Source: the human T2T-CHM13v2.0 reference genome, Homo sapiens
NCBI RefSeq assembly: GCF_009914755.1
Contig: NC_060939.1
Length of the DNA: 64,000 bases
Direction: 5' to 3' (one strand)
Part shown: in pieces, positions 1 through 19,397 of the stretch
How positions within the stretch are numbered: the first letter of the stretch is position 1
Layout of the letters: every line of letters begins with the position of its first letter
The notes under the pieces: model-generated
The model's database searches: none
Told to the model about the DNA's origin: nothing
What the model saw: only the letters and a program-made list of their open reading frames with translations
Translations under genes and position numbers: made by a program

Positions 1-1000
<1,000 letters not shown>

Positions 1001-2564
1001 AAACCAGGGAAATGTGTAATGGGTTTGAGGAAACTTAAGGATAAAGGTTAAATAATTTAAAGTTTTCAGAGTTTTCCTGACTTAGGGGAATAAAGAAATT
1101 GACCTGGAATCTTTAATGTCGTTCTGCCTTCTGAGAATGGCTGTTGAGCTTCACATTCATGTACAGGAAGCCTCAATGCATATTCCCTTTGGTGAGTCAG
1201 GGAGATTCAGGTGCTTGAATTGTGAGCTGCTCCCCTGAGTTCAAGAGGACTTGAGTGCCAGGGACTGGCTGTGAGGCAACAGCGCCCTCACCATGTCCTC
1301 CAAAGCAGTCCAACTAAAAATGCTCAGCCTGGTGCTACCACTGCTCTTATAGGTACCAAATAGTGGGAGTGGCTTGAAAATTTGTGAGTCCAAAATTTCC
1401 AAACATTTTTTTCCTTCAACTTTAAGCTTTCCTGCATGGTCTGCAAAGGTTGAGGGCTTGTAGATCCCAACCCAGTCCCCCAGCTCCTGTGCTGTTCACA
1501 GACATACCAGATCCTCAAGGCCAGCCCCTTAGAAAGAATACCTGATGTTACAATTAAGTTGTGCTAGTACCCTTCATTGTTCTGAATGAGTCTTTCAATT
1601 CTCCTTTAGAAGCTAGTGCTAATTATGAATGTGTTTAATATACAAGCACGAAATTATGCTGTAAAAGTATAAAAGGGAAGGAAATAGAATTGTAAAGTGG
1701 GGTTTTCGGCATGGTGAAATGGGCTTTTTTTTCCCCTTTGATCATTTCTACTTAACAAAACATTTTAAAATATTTATCTAGTATTCAACTCTCAGAGGTA
1801 GAGAAATATAAACATTGAATTGAAGGATTTGTGTGGTCAAATCTAAAGCCCACCTAGTTCAAGAAACTGATGTCAGAGAAGGGACTGCCCAACATAACAG
1901 CATTTGTTTGTTCATTCAGTAAATAGTTTTTAGGTTCTATTATATTCCAGCTATTGTAGCAATCACAAAACTAGAAATCAAGTCCGGTATTTTGTTTCCC
2001 ATTGCCCTTTTCCCTAAACCTAATGGTGCCTGTTTATCTCAGGTAGATATTTTGGGTATCTGTCTCCATAAGGTCACTAAAGTATTAGCCCAGCATTGTG
2101 ATCACTGTGCATGGAAGATCCTAACCCTTGTCTCAGAAAAGCTTACTTGTTTACTTAAGTAAAAGCTTTGTACAGAGGTCTTAAGCTCTTTAAACCTCAG
2201 CTTCCACATCTATAAAAGGGGTATAACAGCACCTGCCCTAAGGATTAGAAGTGGTCAGGCCCACACAGCTCTGGTTAAGTACCAGGTATCCAGTGAGCTC
2301 TCCCTGCTGTACCTGCTCTTCCAAGAGCACAGTGCCATATGGGAAATGGAATTAATGCCATACTAAGGGGACTACAGAGCACAGAAAGGCCCCAAACCCA
2401 GCTAGGCAGGCCAGAGGACATCCTGGAGGAGGCCACAACTGAGCCAAACTTAACAGCAGGAATGCACTAAAACCTAAGATCCACTCACAGTAAACAGTTA
2501 ACAAAATCCTCCTCTTTGGGAAAAAATGAATTTTCTAACATCGTGGACTTGCTTTTGAAAACTT

Positions 2565-2570
2565 TTTATT
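2565..2570 (-). terminator. Polyadenylation signal AATAAA of the LEO1-like copy
   Basis: tttatt on + strand; downstream AAAAGCAAGTC is shared with the LEO1 poly(A) region. Confidence 0.7.
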
Positions 2571-2667
2571 CACAACTAGGATTATGCAAAAGCAACTCAA
2601 CTTCAGTTAAAACAAGTCATTTCATAATTGTTTTAAAACAAACTATTGAATACAATGAGTGCACATT

Positions 2668-2729
2668 TTAGGGCTTTATATCATCTTCTTCCTCTTCATG
2701 CTCTGCTTTCCTCTTTCTGGAAGGTTTAC
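2668..2729 (-). CDS. LEO1-like terminal exon 12': GKPSRKRKAEHEEEEDDIKP* if joined to exon 10'; VNLPERGKQSMKRKKMI* (stop 2678-2676) if joined to exon 11'
   Basis: Acceptor TTATTCAG|GT lies 4 nt downstream of the LEO1-equivalent acceptor; 45-nt in-frame deletion relative to LEO1 exon 12. Confidence 0.65.
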
Positions 2730-3264
2730 CTGAATAAATATGAGAGGTAAGACATAAAATTCAATATAAAATGTTTCTGGAAATTTTATCTAAAATGGTT
2801 CTGACCTGACAGTGAGGGAGCCAGCCCTTCACGTTAGAGCCCAGTTTCTCCACCCTTGGTAGCCAATGTGTGTCCCCACAGACACTGCCTAGATCAGGCA
2901 ACTGAACCTAGGTTTCCCCTGGGCAGTGGTCAGGGCTGAAGGGACACTTACTTTTTTTTTTTTTTGAGACAGAGTTTTGCTCATTTCCCAGATTGGAGTG
3001 CAGTGGCGCGATCTCGGCTCACTGCAACCTCGGCTCACTGCAACCTCCATGTCCTGGGTTCGAGCAGTTCTCCTGCCTCAGCCTCCCAAATAGCTGGGAT
3101 TCTAGGCATGCACCACCATGCCCGGCTAATTTTTGTATTTTTAGTAGAGATGGGTTTTCACCATGTTGGCCAGGCTGGTCTCGAACTCCTGACCTCAGGT
3201 GATCCGCCCGCCTCAGCCTCCCAAAGTGCTGGGATTACAGGCATGAACCACTGCACCCGGCCTA

Positions 3265-3740
3265 CATAGCATTTATATTGTATTATAAGTAATCTAGAGA
3301 AAATTTTTTGTTTTCAGACAGGGTCTTGCTCTGTTGCCCATGCTGGAACGCAGTGGCATGATGACGGCTCACTGCAGCCTCGACCTCCTAGGTTCCATTG
3401 ATCCTCCTGCCTAAGCTTCCTAAGTAGCTGGGACTACCTGTGCTCAGCTAATTTTTTATTTTATTTTATTTTATTTTATTTTATTTTATTTTTGTTGTTG
3501 TTGTTGTTGTTGTTGTATAGCTGGGGGTCTAATCTTGGTCTCAGGCTGGGCTCAAACGATCCGCCCGCCTCAGCCTCCCAAAGTGCTGGGCTCCCAAAGC
3601 ACCCAGCCTACAGATGATTTAAAGCATAGCTTATATGCAAATGTTAAACTATCTTATATAAGCAACTTGAGCACTTGTGGATTTTGGTGTCCTCTGAGTC
3701 CTGGAACCAATCTACCATGGATACTGAGGGACAACTGTGT
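3265..3740. mobile_element. MER2 (TcMar-Tigger) fragment split by an Alu
   Basis: gcatttatattgtattataagtaatctagaga...ggattttggt...ctggaaccaatc...atggatactgagggacaactgt. Confidence 0.7.
3455..3516 (+). repeat. (TTTTA)n + (TTG)n microsatellite in an Alu linker
   Basis: ttttattttatttta...tgttgttgttg. Confidence 0.9.
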
Positions 3741-4306
3741 GTTGTGTAGAGAGAGGAAAAAATAAATGAAAACACAGTGACCAATGTTGTCACTGCAGTG
3801 TTTTTCCTGTCTGTATCTCCAGAACCTAGAACACAGCATGTGTTCAGAAAACATTGAATGAATTAATATGGCCAATGGGCAATACCATAGTGATTCTCTT
3901 ATATAATTAATACTTAAGGCCAGGCACGGTGGCTCACGCCTGTAATCCCCACACTTTGGGAGGCCGAGACAGGCAGATCACTTGAGGCCCAGGAGTTTGA
4001 GACCAGCCTGGCCAACATGGCAAAACCCCATCTCTTCTAAAGATACAAAAAAAAAAAAAAAAAAAAAAATTAGCCGGGCATGGCGGTGCATGCCTGTAAT
4101 TTCAGTTACTCAAGTGGCTGAGGCACAAGAATTGCTTGAACCTGGGAGGTGGAGGTTGCAGTGAGCCAAGACTGTGCCACTGACTCTAGCCTGGGCAACA
4201 TAGCAAGACTGTCTCAAAATAAAATCAATAAATAAAAGACATAAAATGTATTTGTACTTGTGATCTTATAAAAGGAAGAGAAAACAATTAAAGGAAAATA
4301 TTTTCA

Positions 4307-4471
<165 letters not shown>

Positions 4472-4646
4472 CTATCTCTACAAACCATTTTAAAAATTAG
4501 CCAAGCATGGTGGTGCATGCCTGTCGTTACAGCTACTCAGAAGGCTTTGGCAGGAGGATCACTTGAACCCATGAGATCGAGGCTGCAGTCAGCCATGATC
4601 ATGCCACTGCATTCCAGCCTGGGCAACAGAGCAAGACCCTGTCTTA

Positions 4647-5007
<361 letters not shown>

Positions 5008-5379
5008 TCACCTCTTGCTCTACCCATATGAAGCAATTCGTAGTTCTGTAGCCGAGACTTGATATCTCAGGCCCTGCACCTTTCTTTACAGGCCTTTCCA
5101 TCTTCCTAGAGTGCCTAACCTGGCCTGTGTGCTTGCAAGCTTCTGCTCATTCTTCAATACCCAGCAGAGACTTCCTCCTCCATGCAGCCTTCCAAGACCC
5201 ACCTGAGTACAGGTATCAGACCTTTGGGCCACTCCTAGTCCTACTGCTGCATTTATCTCACTGGATTTCAGTCAAGTGTGTAGACAGCTAATTTGTGCAT
5301 GCCTGGTCTGTGAGCTCTGTTCCCAGCAGTTGGCTCCTGAGTACAGGGTAAACTCAGAATTGAATACATTTGGTCTTAC

Positions 5380-5474
5380 TTCATCATTACTGAGTTTTTT
5401 TGCTCTCACTAATCTTTGAGTCTTATCTTCTGACCCCTCATCAGTGTCTGAGGAATAGATGCTGGCTTGTTCCT
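5380..5474 (-). CDS. LEO1-like exon 11' (EEQASIYSSDTDEGSEDKTQRLVRAKKLSNDE), possibly skipped
   Basis: Acceptor TTCAG|AG, donor GAA|GTAAGA; 95 nt (-3 vs LEO1). Confidence 0.65.
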
Positions 5475-5725
5475 CTGAAAGCAAAGGAATTTTAGACATG
5501 GGATTCACCTTCAAAGATGGTTTATTTCTCAATGTTTCTTCTGCCAAATATTGTTACTTCCTACTGTACATTTTTCCTGAAGGAGTCAACTTTCTTTAAA
5601 AGTTTCAGCGGGAAGGTAAATAGAACTTTCAGACATGCTGAAATGACTAGATTTGAGAGATTTTGTTCTCAGAGAGGTTATTTGATCACTTTTAAATACG
5701 CACACATCAATTTTAAGAACTGTGA

Positions 5726-6184
<459 letters not shown>

Positions 6185-6320
6185 TAGCCCTAAGAAAAAC
6201 AAAAAGGCCTTCGTACTTTTGTCCTCAGTAAATAGTAGGACAAGGACTAAGAGCTCGCCAGAGCAAAAGCAGGCACTGCCACCCTGAAATGATGAAATGT
6301 GACCTCCATACCTGACTCAC

Positions 6321-6504
6321 CTTGGAGTTCACCTTGATAATAGTTTTTAATAGCAGCCAGGCTGAAGGTGTCCTTGCCTTCCTCCTCTGCACTGTCACTG
6401 CCAGGGTCCTGGTAGGAGACACTTGGCCACTCCTGGTAGCGCTTCTCCCGCAGATGGATTCCCTGAGACTCCCGTTGAGTGGAAGCCCTCAAGCGTTCTT
6501 CTTT
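6321..6504 (-). CDS. LEO1-like exon 10' (KEERLRASTQRESQGIHLREKRYQEWPSVSYQDPGSDSAEEEGKDTFSLAAIKNYYQGELQ)
   Basis: Acceptor TACAG|AAA, donor AAG|GTGAGT; 184 nt (-3 vs LEO1), ends in phase 1. Confidence 0.75.
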
Positions 6505-6639
6505 CTGTAAAAAAGCAAATAACCTCTTCAGCCTAAAACAGAAACTTGTGCCCTCTTGCATCTACTTTTACCATAAAGAACACATAACAGCTGTCCCATG
6601 TGTCTTTGGGGTACCATCTTCCCCATCACACCTCTGTTA

Positions 6640-6831
<192 letters not shown>

Positions 6832-7635
6832 TTAGATGGAGGTGGTGGCGCATGCCTGTAGTCCTCAGCTACTTGGGCGGCTGAGGCAGGAGAATCACTT
6901 GAACTTGGGAGGCAGAGGTTGCAGTGAGCCAGGATCATGCCACTGTAGTCCAGCCTGGGCAACAGAGCGAGACTCCATCTCAAAAAGAAGCAGCAGAAGG
7001 GTGCCCTGACACTAACCGGCTCAATTGGCATTGGCACAGGCCTGTCCTCCAGAACCTTGCTGGTGTTCTGTTGGCACAGGCCTGTCCTCCAGAGCTATGC
7101 TGCTGTTTTGTGCTGCCACTTGGCCCAGAGAGAAGCATCCCACCCGAATTGACCTCCTGGAGCAGCAGAGGCTGTTTCTGTTCATCCCTGAGCCACAACC
7201 ACCTGACCTGCCCAGGCTCCACCAAACTCCCATGGCTCCCAGATATTCCTGTCCTGACCCCTCAACCCAGAGCTCCCCATAGCTCCAGTGAGAGAATGGG
7301 GAGGCCTTACTAGGGGACAGTTCTTGAGCCACAAGGTAGACTTCATTTTTTTAAATCTGCCTGGCATTTCACACATTGGGGTTCACAATGTATGTTTGTG
7401 AAAGGTTACTTTTTTTAAATCATCAGTTTTCTAGATTTCAGAGTCCTTTGTTTGGTAGTCTCACCAGCAGCCATTGACATTACTGTGGTTAACTACACAC
7501 TTAGAAGGTTAAGCTGGTTCCCTAATAACTGCAAGAAATAAAACAGCAGTGGCAATAAGAAATGGTGAATTAATGTTCTGGAAAACATAGGTCTTACTAC
7601 CCCAAATGTCCCAGGATAAAGCTTAGCAAACATAC

Positions 7636-7774
7636 CTTCTTCATCACTTGTGTGTGTTGGCCTTCAGGATCACGACCCGCCATTGGTAAGATTCTAATTT
7701 TCTGTGTCTTTGAACTTCTATTAGCAAGTGGCAGGGTCATCTTTCTGTATGTGGCACTGTCTCTAGAGTGAGGT
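7636..7774 (-). CDS. LEO1-like exon 9' ([46 protein letters not shown])
   Basis: Acceptor GGCAG|A, donor AAG|GTATGT; 139 nt (+3 vs LEO1). Confidence 0.75.
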
Positions 7775-9340
7775 CTGCCAGGAAGTGGACAAAAATGTCT
7801 CACTGGTTACTAAGAACATTTGGAGGCAAGCATACTGACAGCAAAAACACCCGGGGACGAGGACCTCACACTCAGCAGACAGAGGAGGCAGGATCACAGT
7901 TCTTCCTTCTCCAGCCTCCTGAGAAGCTCCTCCCTCTGCCCCACCTCCTGGGGAACGCTGACTGGGCTAAAGTGGGAGTGCAGTGGAAGTGAGGAGAGGC
8001 AGGTGGCAACGTCCGTCTTTTACAAAGAATATCCCCGATTGCAGTCAGAGAGAGGAGAAGAGAAGGAATATGAAATCTCAGTTTCCAGAGAGAGATGCAG
8101 ATGCCAGAAGGGACAATTAGAGAACTAACAATGAGTCTCTTCATCTGGAAAAAATTGGAAGTCAAAGCAAGGAGGTAGGTCACAGTAGCAGCAGGGGCCT
8201 TATAACAGCCCAGGGGGATAATACAGCTAGACCAGGAGTCCTGGGGCGGAAAGAAATGTCTTCCTGACTATAGGAAGGCAGCTTTTAATTACGTATATCA
8301 GAGGGGAGGAGAATGATCCTTAGGGGAGTCTCTGGAAGAGAGAGCATGGCTATAAAGAGACGGGACGTCCAGAATGAGATGGTGCCAGGCAGTCAAATAT
8401 TATCGCAGTGTGGAGCACAGGGGACAGTGAAAAAAAGCAAGCTCAGAATCACACGTCTTTTAGGATGCTATTCTAGGAGAGATGATTAAGAGACTGGATT
8501 GAGCACCACTCACCACTTGTGCCAAGTCTCTGTTTGATGTTCTGTGTGTTATTTGAATTCATTGATACAACATCCGTGTGCAGTAGATGTTGTTATTGCA
8601 ATTTTATAGATAAGGAAGGTGGAAATTAGTGTGATTGCAACCCTTCCTCAAGATTACATAACCTCAGAGCTGTCCTTATTTATAGTCTATAAAAAGACCA
8701 ACAGATTTACTGAATATGATTTACATACTATAACATCCATTCATTTAAGTATACAACTAAACAGTTTTACAACCATGACCCCTATCTGATTTTAGAAAAC
8801 TTCCACGTCCCCCAAAAGAGTGCTTGTCTTTTAAGTACTCCACCTCTGGAGGAAACCCTACTCCTAATCAACAGTACTGTGTCCTTCAGAGGGAAGGCAT
8901 GGAGAAGGGGCCACAACACTGAGCTTAGCTGGCCCCAGTATCTGACTGCTTAGGCACAGGCTGCAGCAGCCTCAGGTGAGTGGAGAGCCCAGCCTGCCGG
9001 GTCTGTTGCCGGCACACACCAACACCATTCTGATGATGGCCTAGCTTCCCAGGTCAATTTCACTCCAGGGAAAGGACCTGCTGAGCAGCAGAGTTGCAAG
9101 GACAAATCCTGCAGGCTTCTTACCAAGTATACTGATCAATGTGGATTAACATACCTACATTCTGGGCTATAATCACTCTCCTGGGAATTCTGATAGGATG
9201 AACTGGCTCCCTGACAAATAGCAGCTTGGAGTAAACTTGAAAAAGGTGTATGAGAACCAGACCATGGTCCAGGGGTGAGTTGTCCTATCTCTACTTTGTT
9301 GCTCCTTAAATGCAAGTAATCGTGTCGGTGTAATAGTTAC

Positions 9341-9475
9341 CTAAAGGTAAGTTTGGATTTAAAGACGGCTTGTCCCTGTAGACCAGTGTCTTCTCTTATA
9401 AACAGGTGGATGTAATTGCCCAGCAGCGGGGCTTTGTACACATCAAACACTTCATTGCCTAAATGCAGGGACATG
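9341..9475 (-). CDS. LEO1-like exon 8' ([44 protein letters not shown])
   Basis: Acceptor TCCAG|C, donor TAG|GTAACT; 135 nt. Confidence 0.75.
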
Positions 9476-10034
9476 CTGGAAATGAGAAATAGTTCAAATA
9501 TTAGGGTGGATATTTAATGAGTCCTATGGCTTCCATTCTGCCCTGTGAGCTTTGCTTAAAATAGTGTGGAACTGCTAGATCCTGACCTCATACTGAATTC
9601 ATAGGAAAAGCAGAAAAGATGCTGTAAATAACCTGTCTCCTTCCAGAGTAAAAAGTGGTAAAAATCTATCCTCTTTTTAACTTGAAATATAATTGTTTTG
9701 TAATTTTATAAATCTCTACCACTTCATTAGCAAAGCAGAAACAAGTTTTCAAAAATATCAATTTGTCATGTCTGATATCTCACCAATGGGAGCTACCTTT
9801 AGTCTTTCACATCAGTAAGGTAGACACAATGGCTTTTGTCACATCTTCAGTTCATTTCTGAAGTCTCCACCAGCACAGCTATAAGACCTCCACCCTATTT
9901 ACTTCTCTCAGGTTTCCTAGGTAATTCCAGAGACCTAGATTTTTGTAAATCCTTTAGTGAAAATGACCCCAGGCTGGGCGCAGTGGCTCACTCCTGTAAT
10001 CCCAGCACTTTGGGAGGCCGAGGAAGGCGGATCA

Positions 10035-10468
<434 letters not shown>

Positions 10469-11804
10469 CTGGTTAAAAACCCAGAGGCATTGGTTAGTTA
10501 AACCAGTTTAGCTAACTAAATGTTCTTCTTTCTTCAAGTGATTTATAATCATGTGTAAAGACTTGATAGGTAATGATAGAAGAAGCTTACAAAAACTAAC
10601 TGATTCAGCAAAACTGAAACCTACCTGCTACAAATACCTAGAGATGTTGGTTAAACTAACCAGACATTTTCTTTAAATCTTTTCTGAGCTCCAGTTCATA
10701 GCAGTGGAAGCAGGAGCTAAGTAGGACGCAGGCCAGAGGTGTTATCAAACAAAACACATGAAGAACTCCAAAGGAGAGAGCATGAGGCTTAGGGTCCACA
10801 TGAGGCAGAGAGTTTAAAATGAGACCTCTGCCTATGGCAGGGCCACTTGAAGATGAACCCAATGAAAGAAGGGCTAAAAAGTGCCCCCATTCACCTAGTG
10901 AGACAGGGAAGCTCTGGGCATGAAATTACAATTTTTTAAAAAGAATAAACAACTAATTAACAAAAAATTAAAACATGAGATCGGTGCTTTGCCCTGTTTT
11001 TGAGTCTAAATTTATTCTACCCATATGGTGAACTCCAAGTCACAAAAGTAACAACAACAACAACAATTTCCCCTGCCCAATGATACCACTGGGGCCCCTG
11101 GTAGACACTCTTAGGAAATCCTGTAGCCAGGTGTGGTGGTGTGCACTTGTAGTCCCAGCTACTCAGGAGGCTGAGGTGGGAAGATCACTTGAGCCCAGGA
11201 GTTTGAGACCGTTCTGGGCAAAACAGCGAGGCCCATCTCAAAAACAAAAACAAAAACAAAAAAAAACACACAAAAGTTTTAAATTTAAAAAAAAAAATTG
11301 TTTTAAAGGAAACCCCCTTAAGGAAGAACAACACGCCTGTGAAAGCAGTTGGTAGTACTTTGCCGTCCCAGGCCTTCAAGAGGGAACCACCTAATGACAA
11401 GGTCTCTTTTGTGCATAGTTTGAATATCCATGAAGAAAGGAGATATTTCTGTTGTGGGAAATTGCCAGGATCCACCCACTGTAAAATGTGGAGGCAATTC
11501 CATATACCTTATTATTATTTATCCTGAAGGAAGTAGCTAACAATTTTCAAAAATTTTTATCTTTACTTATGTCAAAAAAAGCATAACTGCAACCAAAAGA
11601 AGAAAGTGACAATTCTACAGGGATAAAAAAGGGCACATACCTCCTCCCGTAAAAATATTCTGAAAAGGTGTTTAATTCCTAGGTCTAAAGAGCTATTGAA
11701 CAAGAATCATAAGAGGATTTCGCAAGCTCAAGTCTCAAGTTGTCATCCCTGCTTTACTTTATAAAAGGAAAAACGTAAAAAAGGAATAAAGTGTAGGATG
11801 GTAC

Positions 11805-11889
11805 CTTTAATTTTAACCTGATTCTGTCTTCCTCGTCAAGCACTTTCTCATCTTCAAATTCATCTTCATAAAACTGAGGATCAAAAGGT
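11805..11889 (-). CDS. LEO1-like exon 6' ([28 protein letters not shown])
   Basis: Acceptor TTTAG|A, donor AAG|GTACCA; 85 nt. Confidence 0.75.
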
Positions 11890-12330
11890 CTAAAAATTGT
11901 GTTTTTAACATCATGTTAGCCATATTTAGTAAGGAATATGATTAATATTATATTTAATCATCCCCACAATGTGCCTTCATGTGTTTCCAAAAATCACAGT
12001 AGACAAATAACTTCATGTAAACCTTCAAAGAAGTATGCAAATTACCATGCTTTCTGAAATTTGTCTCTAAAACATATTGCCTGAAATGAAATTCAAATGC
12101 AACTAACAATTCAAAATGTTATTTGATGAAATATGTCTTCCAAAGTATAGGCAACAGGTCTTACTGTCTTCCCTTATTTTTTAAGAAAATGTGTTAAGCA
12201 TAAGAGCTTGCATGCGTGTACCTTAGTGAATCATACCCACTGACACTATTTTGTAGTACAAAATAATTGTCTTTTCTAGATTCGCAATGGATTTTGCATT
12301 AAACATTTGTAATTTTTTTTTTTTTTTTAG

Positions 12331-12546
<216 letters not shown>

Positions 12547-12929
12547 TGATCTGCCCGCCTCAGCCTCCCAAAGTGGTGGGATTACAGGCATGAGCCACCG
12601 CACCTGGCCAGAACATTTGTGATTTCTCTAGCAGACTTTCTCACTCTTGTTTTCTGATTTGTCAGCTTTATACTAGTGAAAAACACCTTCATCCATTGTG
12701 ATCTGTTTATGTAAAAGAAAGTGCCAAAATGCTAGAAAAATTATTAGCATTAAAATTCTCTCTCACCAGTGATTCATTTTTCTACCACAGCACATCCTAG
12801 ATTTATATTTTTCAAAGTTATATGAGAAATTTCCCATCTTTGTGATTAGTCAACTCATGACAAATAAGAAAAAATATTTATTCTACGCATTTTTTTTAAT
12901 ATCTTGAAAATTTTAATCAGTCCTCTTAC

Positions 12930-13075
12930 TTGGGTTCTATACTGAGAAACTTGGGTAGTTTAACAAAATACAATTCATTTCCTAAATCAGAGTTGATACT
13001 GGGAATTTCTTCTTCTATTATGGTTTCAGAAATTGGCTCTTCCTCCTGCTGGTCCTGAGGCACTCCATGTTCATC
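12930..13075 (-). CDS. LEO1-like exon 5' ([48 protein letters not shown])
   Basis: Acceptor CTTAG|GAT, donor CAA|GTAAGA; 146 nt, no stop. Confidence 0.75.
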
Positions 13076-13172
13076 CTAAGAAAGGTATCAGAATGTGAGA
13101 GATTGAAGACATTAGAAATGTGCTAGCTTTACTCATCCTGCACTAGGCAGATGCAGGTTTGACGGGAAGTAA

Positions 13173-13692
<520 letters not shown>

Positions 13693-14126
13693 TAGTAGAA
13701 AAAAGTATCTATTTTATTGACTTTTTTGCATAATATATTCAGCAACAGAAGTATGAAATTATTCACCCCATCAATACTAGACAACTATTAAAATCAGAAT
13801 ATCAGCATAGCTCATGCTTCTTGTCATAGGCTTGAATAAGAAAAAACTTTAAATCAAAGGTTTTTATATTACATATTAATTATATTTTTATATTATTTTA
13901 TATTAGTCTAGCCCCTAAAGTTTGGCATCACCCTTATTCTGGGTAGTTCCTTCTGTGCCTTCTTATATCCAGAAATTCCCAATATAGCTAAGAAAGTCAC
14001 CTATTCATCAGATGTTCAGCTATCCACGTCCTCTCTCAACATGAGAAAGACAGATTCATCAGCCTCTGAAGCTTTCTTTTTTAGCTTTGAATAATGGGAT
14101 TGGTTGATATTGGTGATCGTACTTAC

Positions 14127-14221
14127 AATCAGCTGTCCTGGAATAGGTGGTTGATTGCCCTCATCACTCTCAGAAGAAACGTCGTCTATATCTCCAAACA
14201 GATCCATGGTCCCACTAGGAT
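14127..14221 (-). CDS. LEO1-like exon 4' ([32 protein letters not shown]); candidate ATG at 14207
   Basis: Acceptor CGAAG|AT, donor ATT|GTAAGT; 95 nt as in LEO1; Kozak context GGGACCATGG. Confidence 0.75.
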
Positions 14222-14444
14222 CTTCGGTGTTGGGGGGAAATGCACAGTATTAATTTTTCCAACTAAAGTTCTTTACACAGTTAGTTCTTGGTCCACCACT
14301 TCAACATAGTCCAAAGATTCATAAGCCAAATCTCCACTAAACCAACCTCAAACTGGCTCCCTAAGCCAGGTTCTCAGAAGCTTAACTAACTAGCGTGTCT
14401 TTGGAGAAAGGAGGAGGCAGAGTTGGTGGGTGAAAGGTAATCAC

Positions 14445-15261
<817 letters not shown>

Positions 15262-16025
15262 TAGAGAAGTTTTACTAGTGTTTACCCTTTAAAAAGCTTA
15301 AGGTTCTATAAAAATGTTACGAACCTTTCCTAAATTCCTGGCTTTTAAAAGTGATGCATCCATAAGTGAGCCTAAGTACACAAACTTGTGGCATCAGGAG
15401 CCAGGGCCAAAATGTGTGCATTACTAGAACATGAAAAGCACCATTGCTTAGGGCTATCTTCCTAGTTACAATGTCTGAGTCATGGCCAGATGTGGTGGCT
15501 CATGCCTGTAATCCCAGCACTCTGGGAGGCTGAGGTGGGTGGATCACCTGAGGTCAGGAGTTGAGACCAGGCTGGTCAACATGGCGAAACCCTATCTTTA
15601 CCAAACTTACAAAAATTAGGCAGGCGTAGTGGCACATGCCTGTAATCCCAGCTACTCAGGAGGCTGAGGCACGAGAATTGCTTGAACCCAGGAGGTGGAG
15701 GTTGCAGTGAGCCGAGATGCAGAGCGAGACTCCGTCTCAAAAAAAAAAAAAAAAATTGCAAGTCAGTAAGTTAGTGAATAGCTAGATGCATAATTTGTAC
15801 AATTTTATAAAGTTTAAGAAAAAGACATTTGCAATGGAGTTATGCTGACTCTTTTCCCTTGTTTGAATCCCCCAAACTGTCACAAAGTATATTTGATGGT
15901 AGCTTTGATTGTGATTGTGGCTCTCTAACAAAGACATCTGTTAACCAACACCTGCCAGGGCTCCCGGCTGAAATATGTAGCAACAAAGGAGCAAAATTCT
16001 GAACCAAAACAGAAAGAGTGCTTAA

Positions 16026-16493
<468 letters not shown>

Positions 16494-16599
16494 TGAGCAC
16501 ATAGTATTTCATTCAGTTGGAGTTTCTTGGGTGTTTTCTTTAAGGTATTTGCAGTTGCTGCCCCTTTCTTGAACTCTGAGTACTAGAATCTTTTTAATT

Positions 16600-19270
<2,671 letters not shown>

Positions 19271-19397
19271 CTCATTGTGATACCAGTGGACACCATGGGC
19301 TACCAGCATCCCTTCTCATTGGTGGGGAGCTCAGAACTGCACTCAAACCCACACCAACCCCTAAACTCCATCTTTGAGGATTCGTTTCCTTGACCAC

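Noticed and set aside
3013-3048. 16-bp tandem duplication (ctcggctcactgcaac x2) inside an Alu
   Set aside because: Ordinary slippage event with no functional implication
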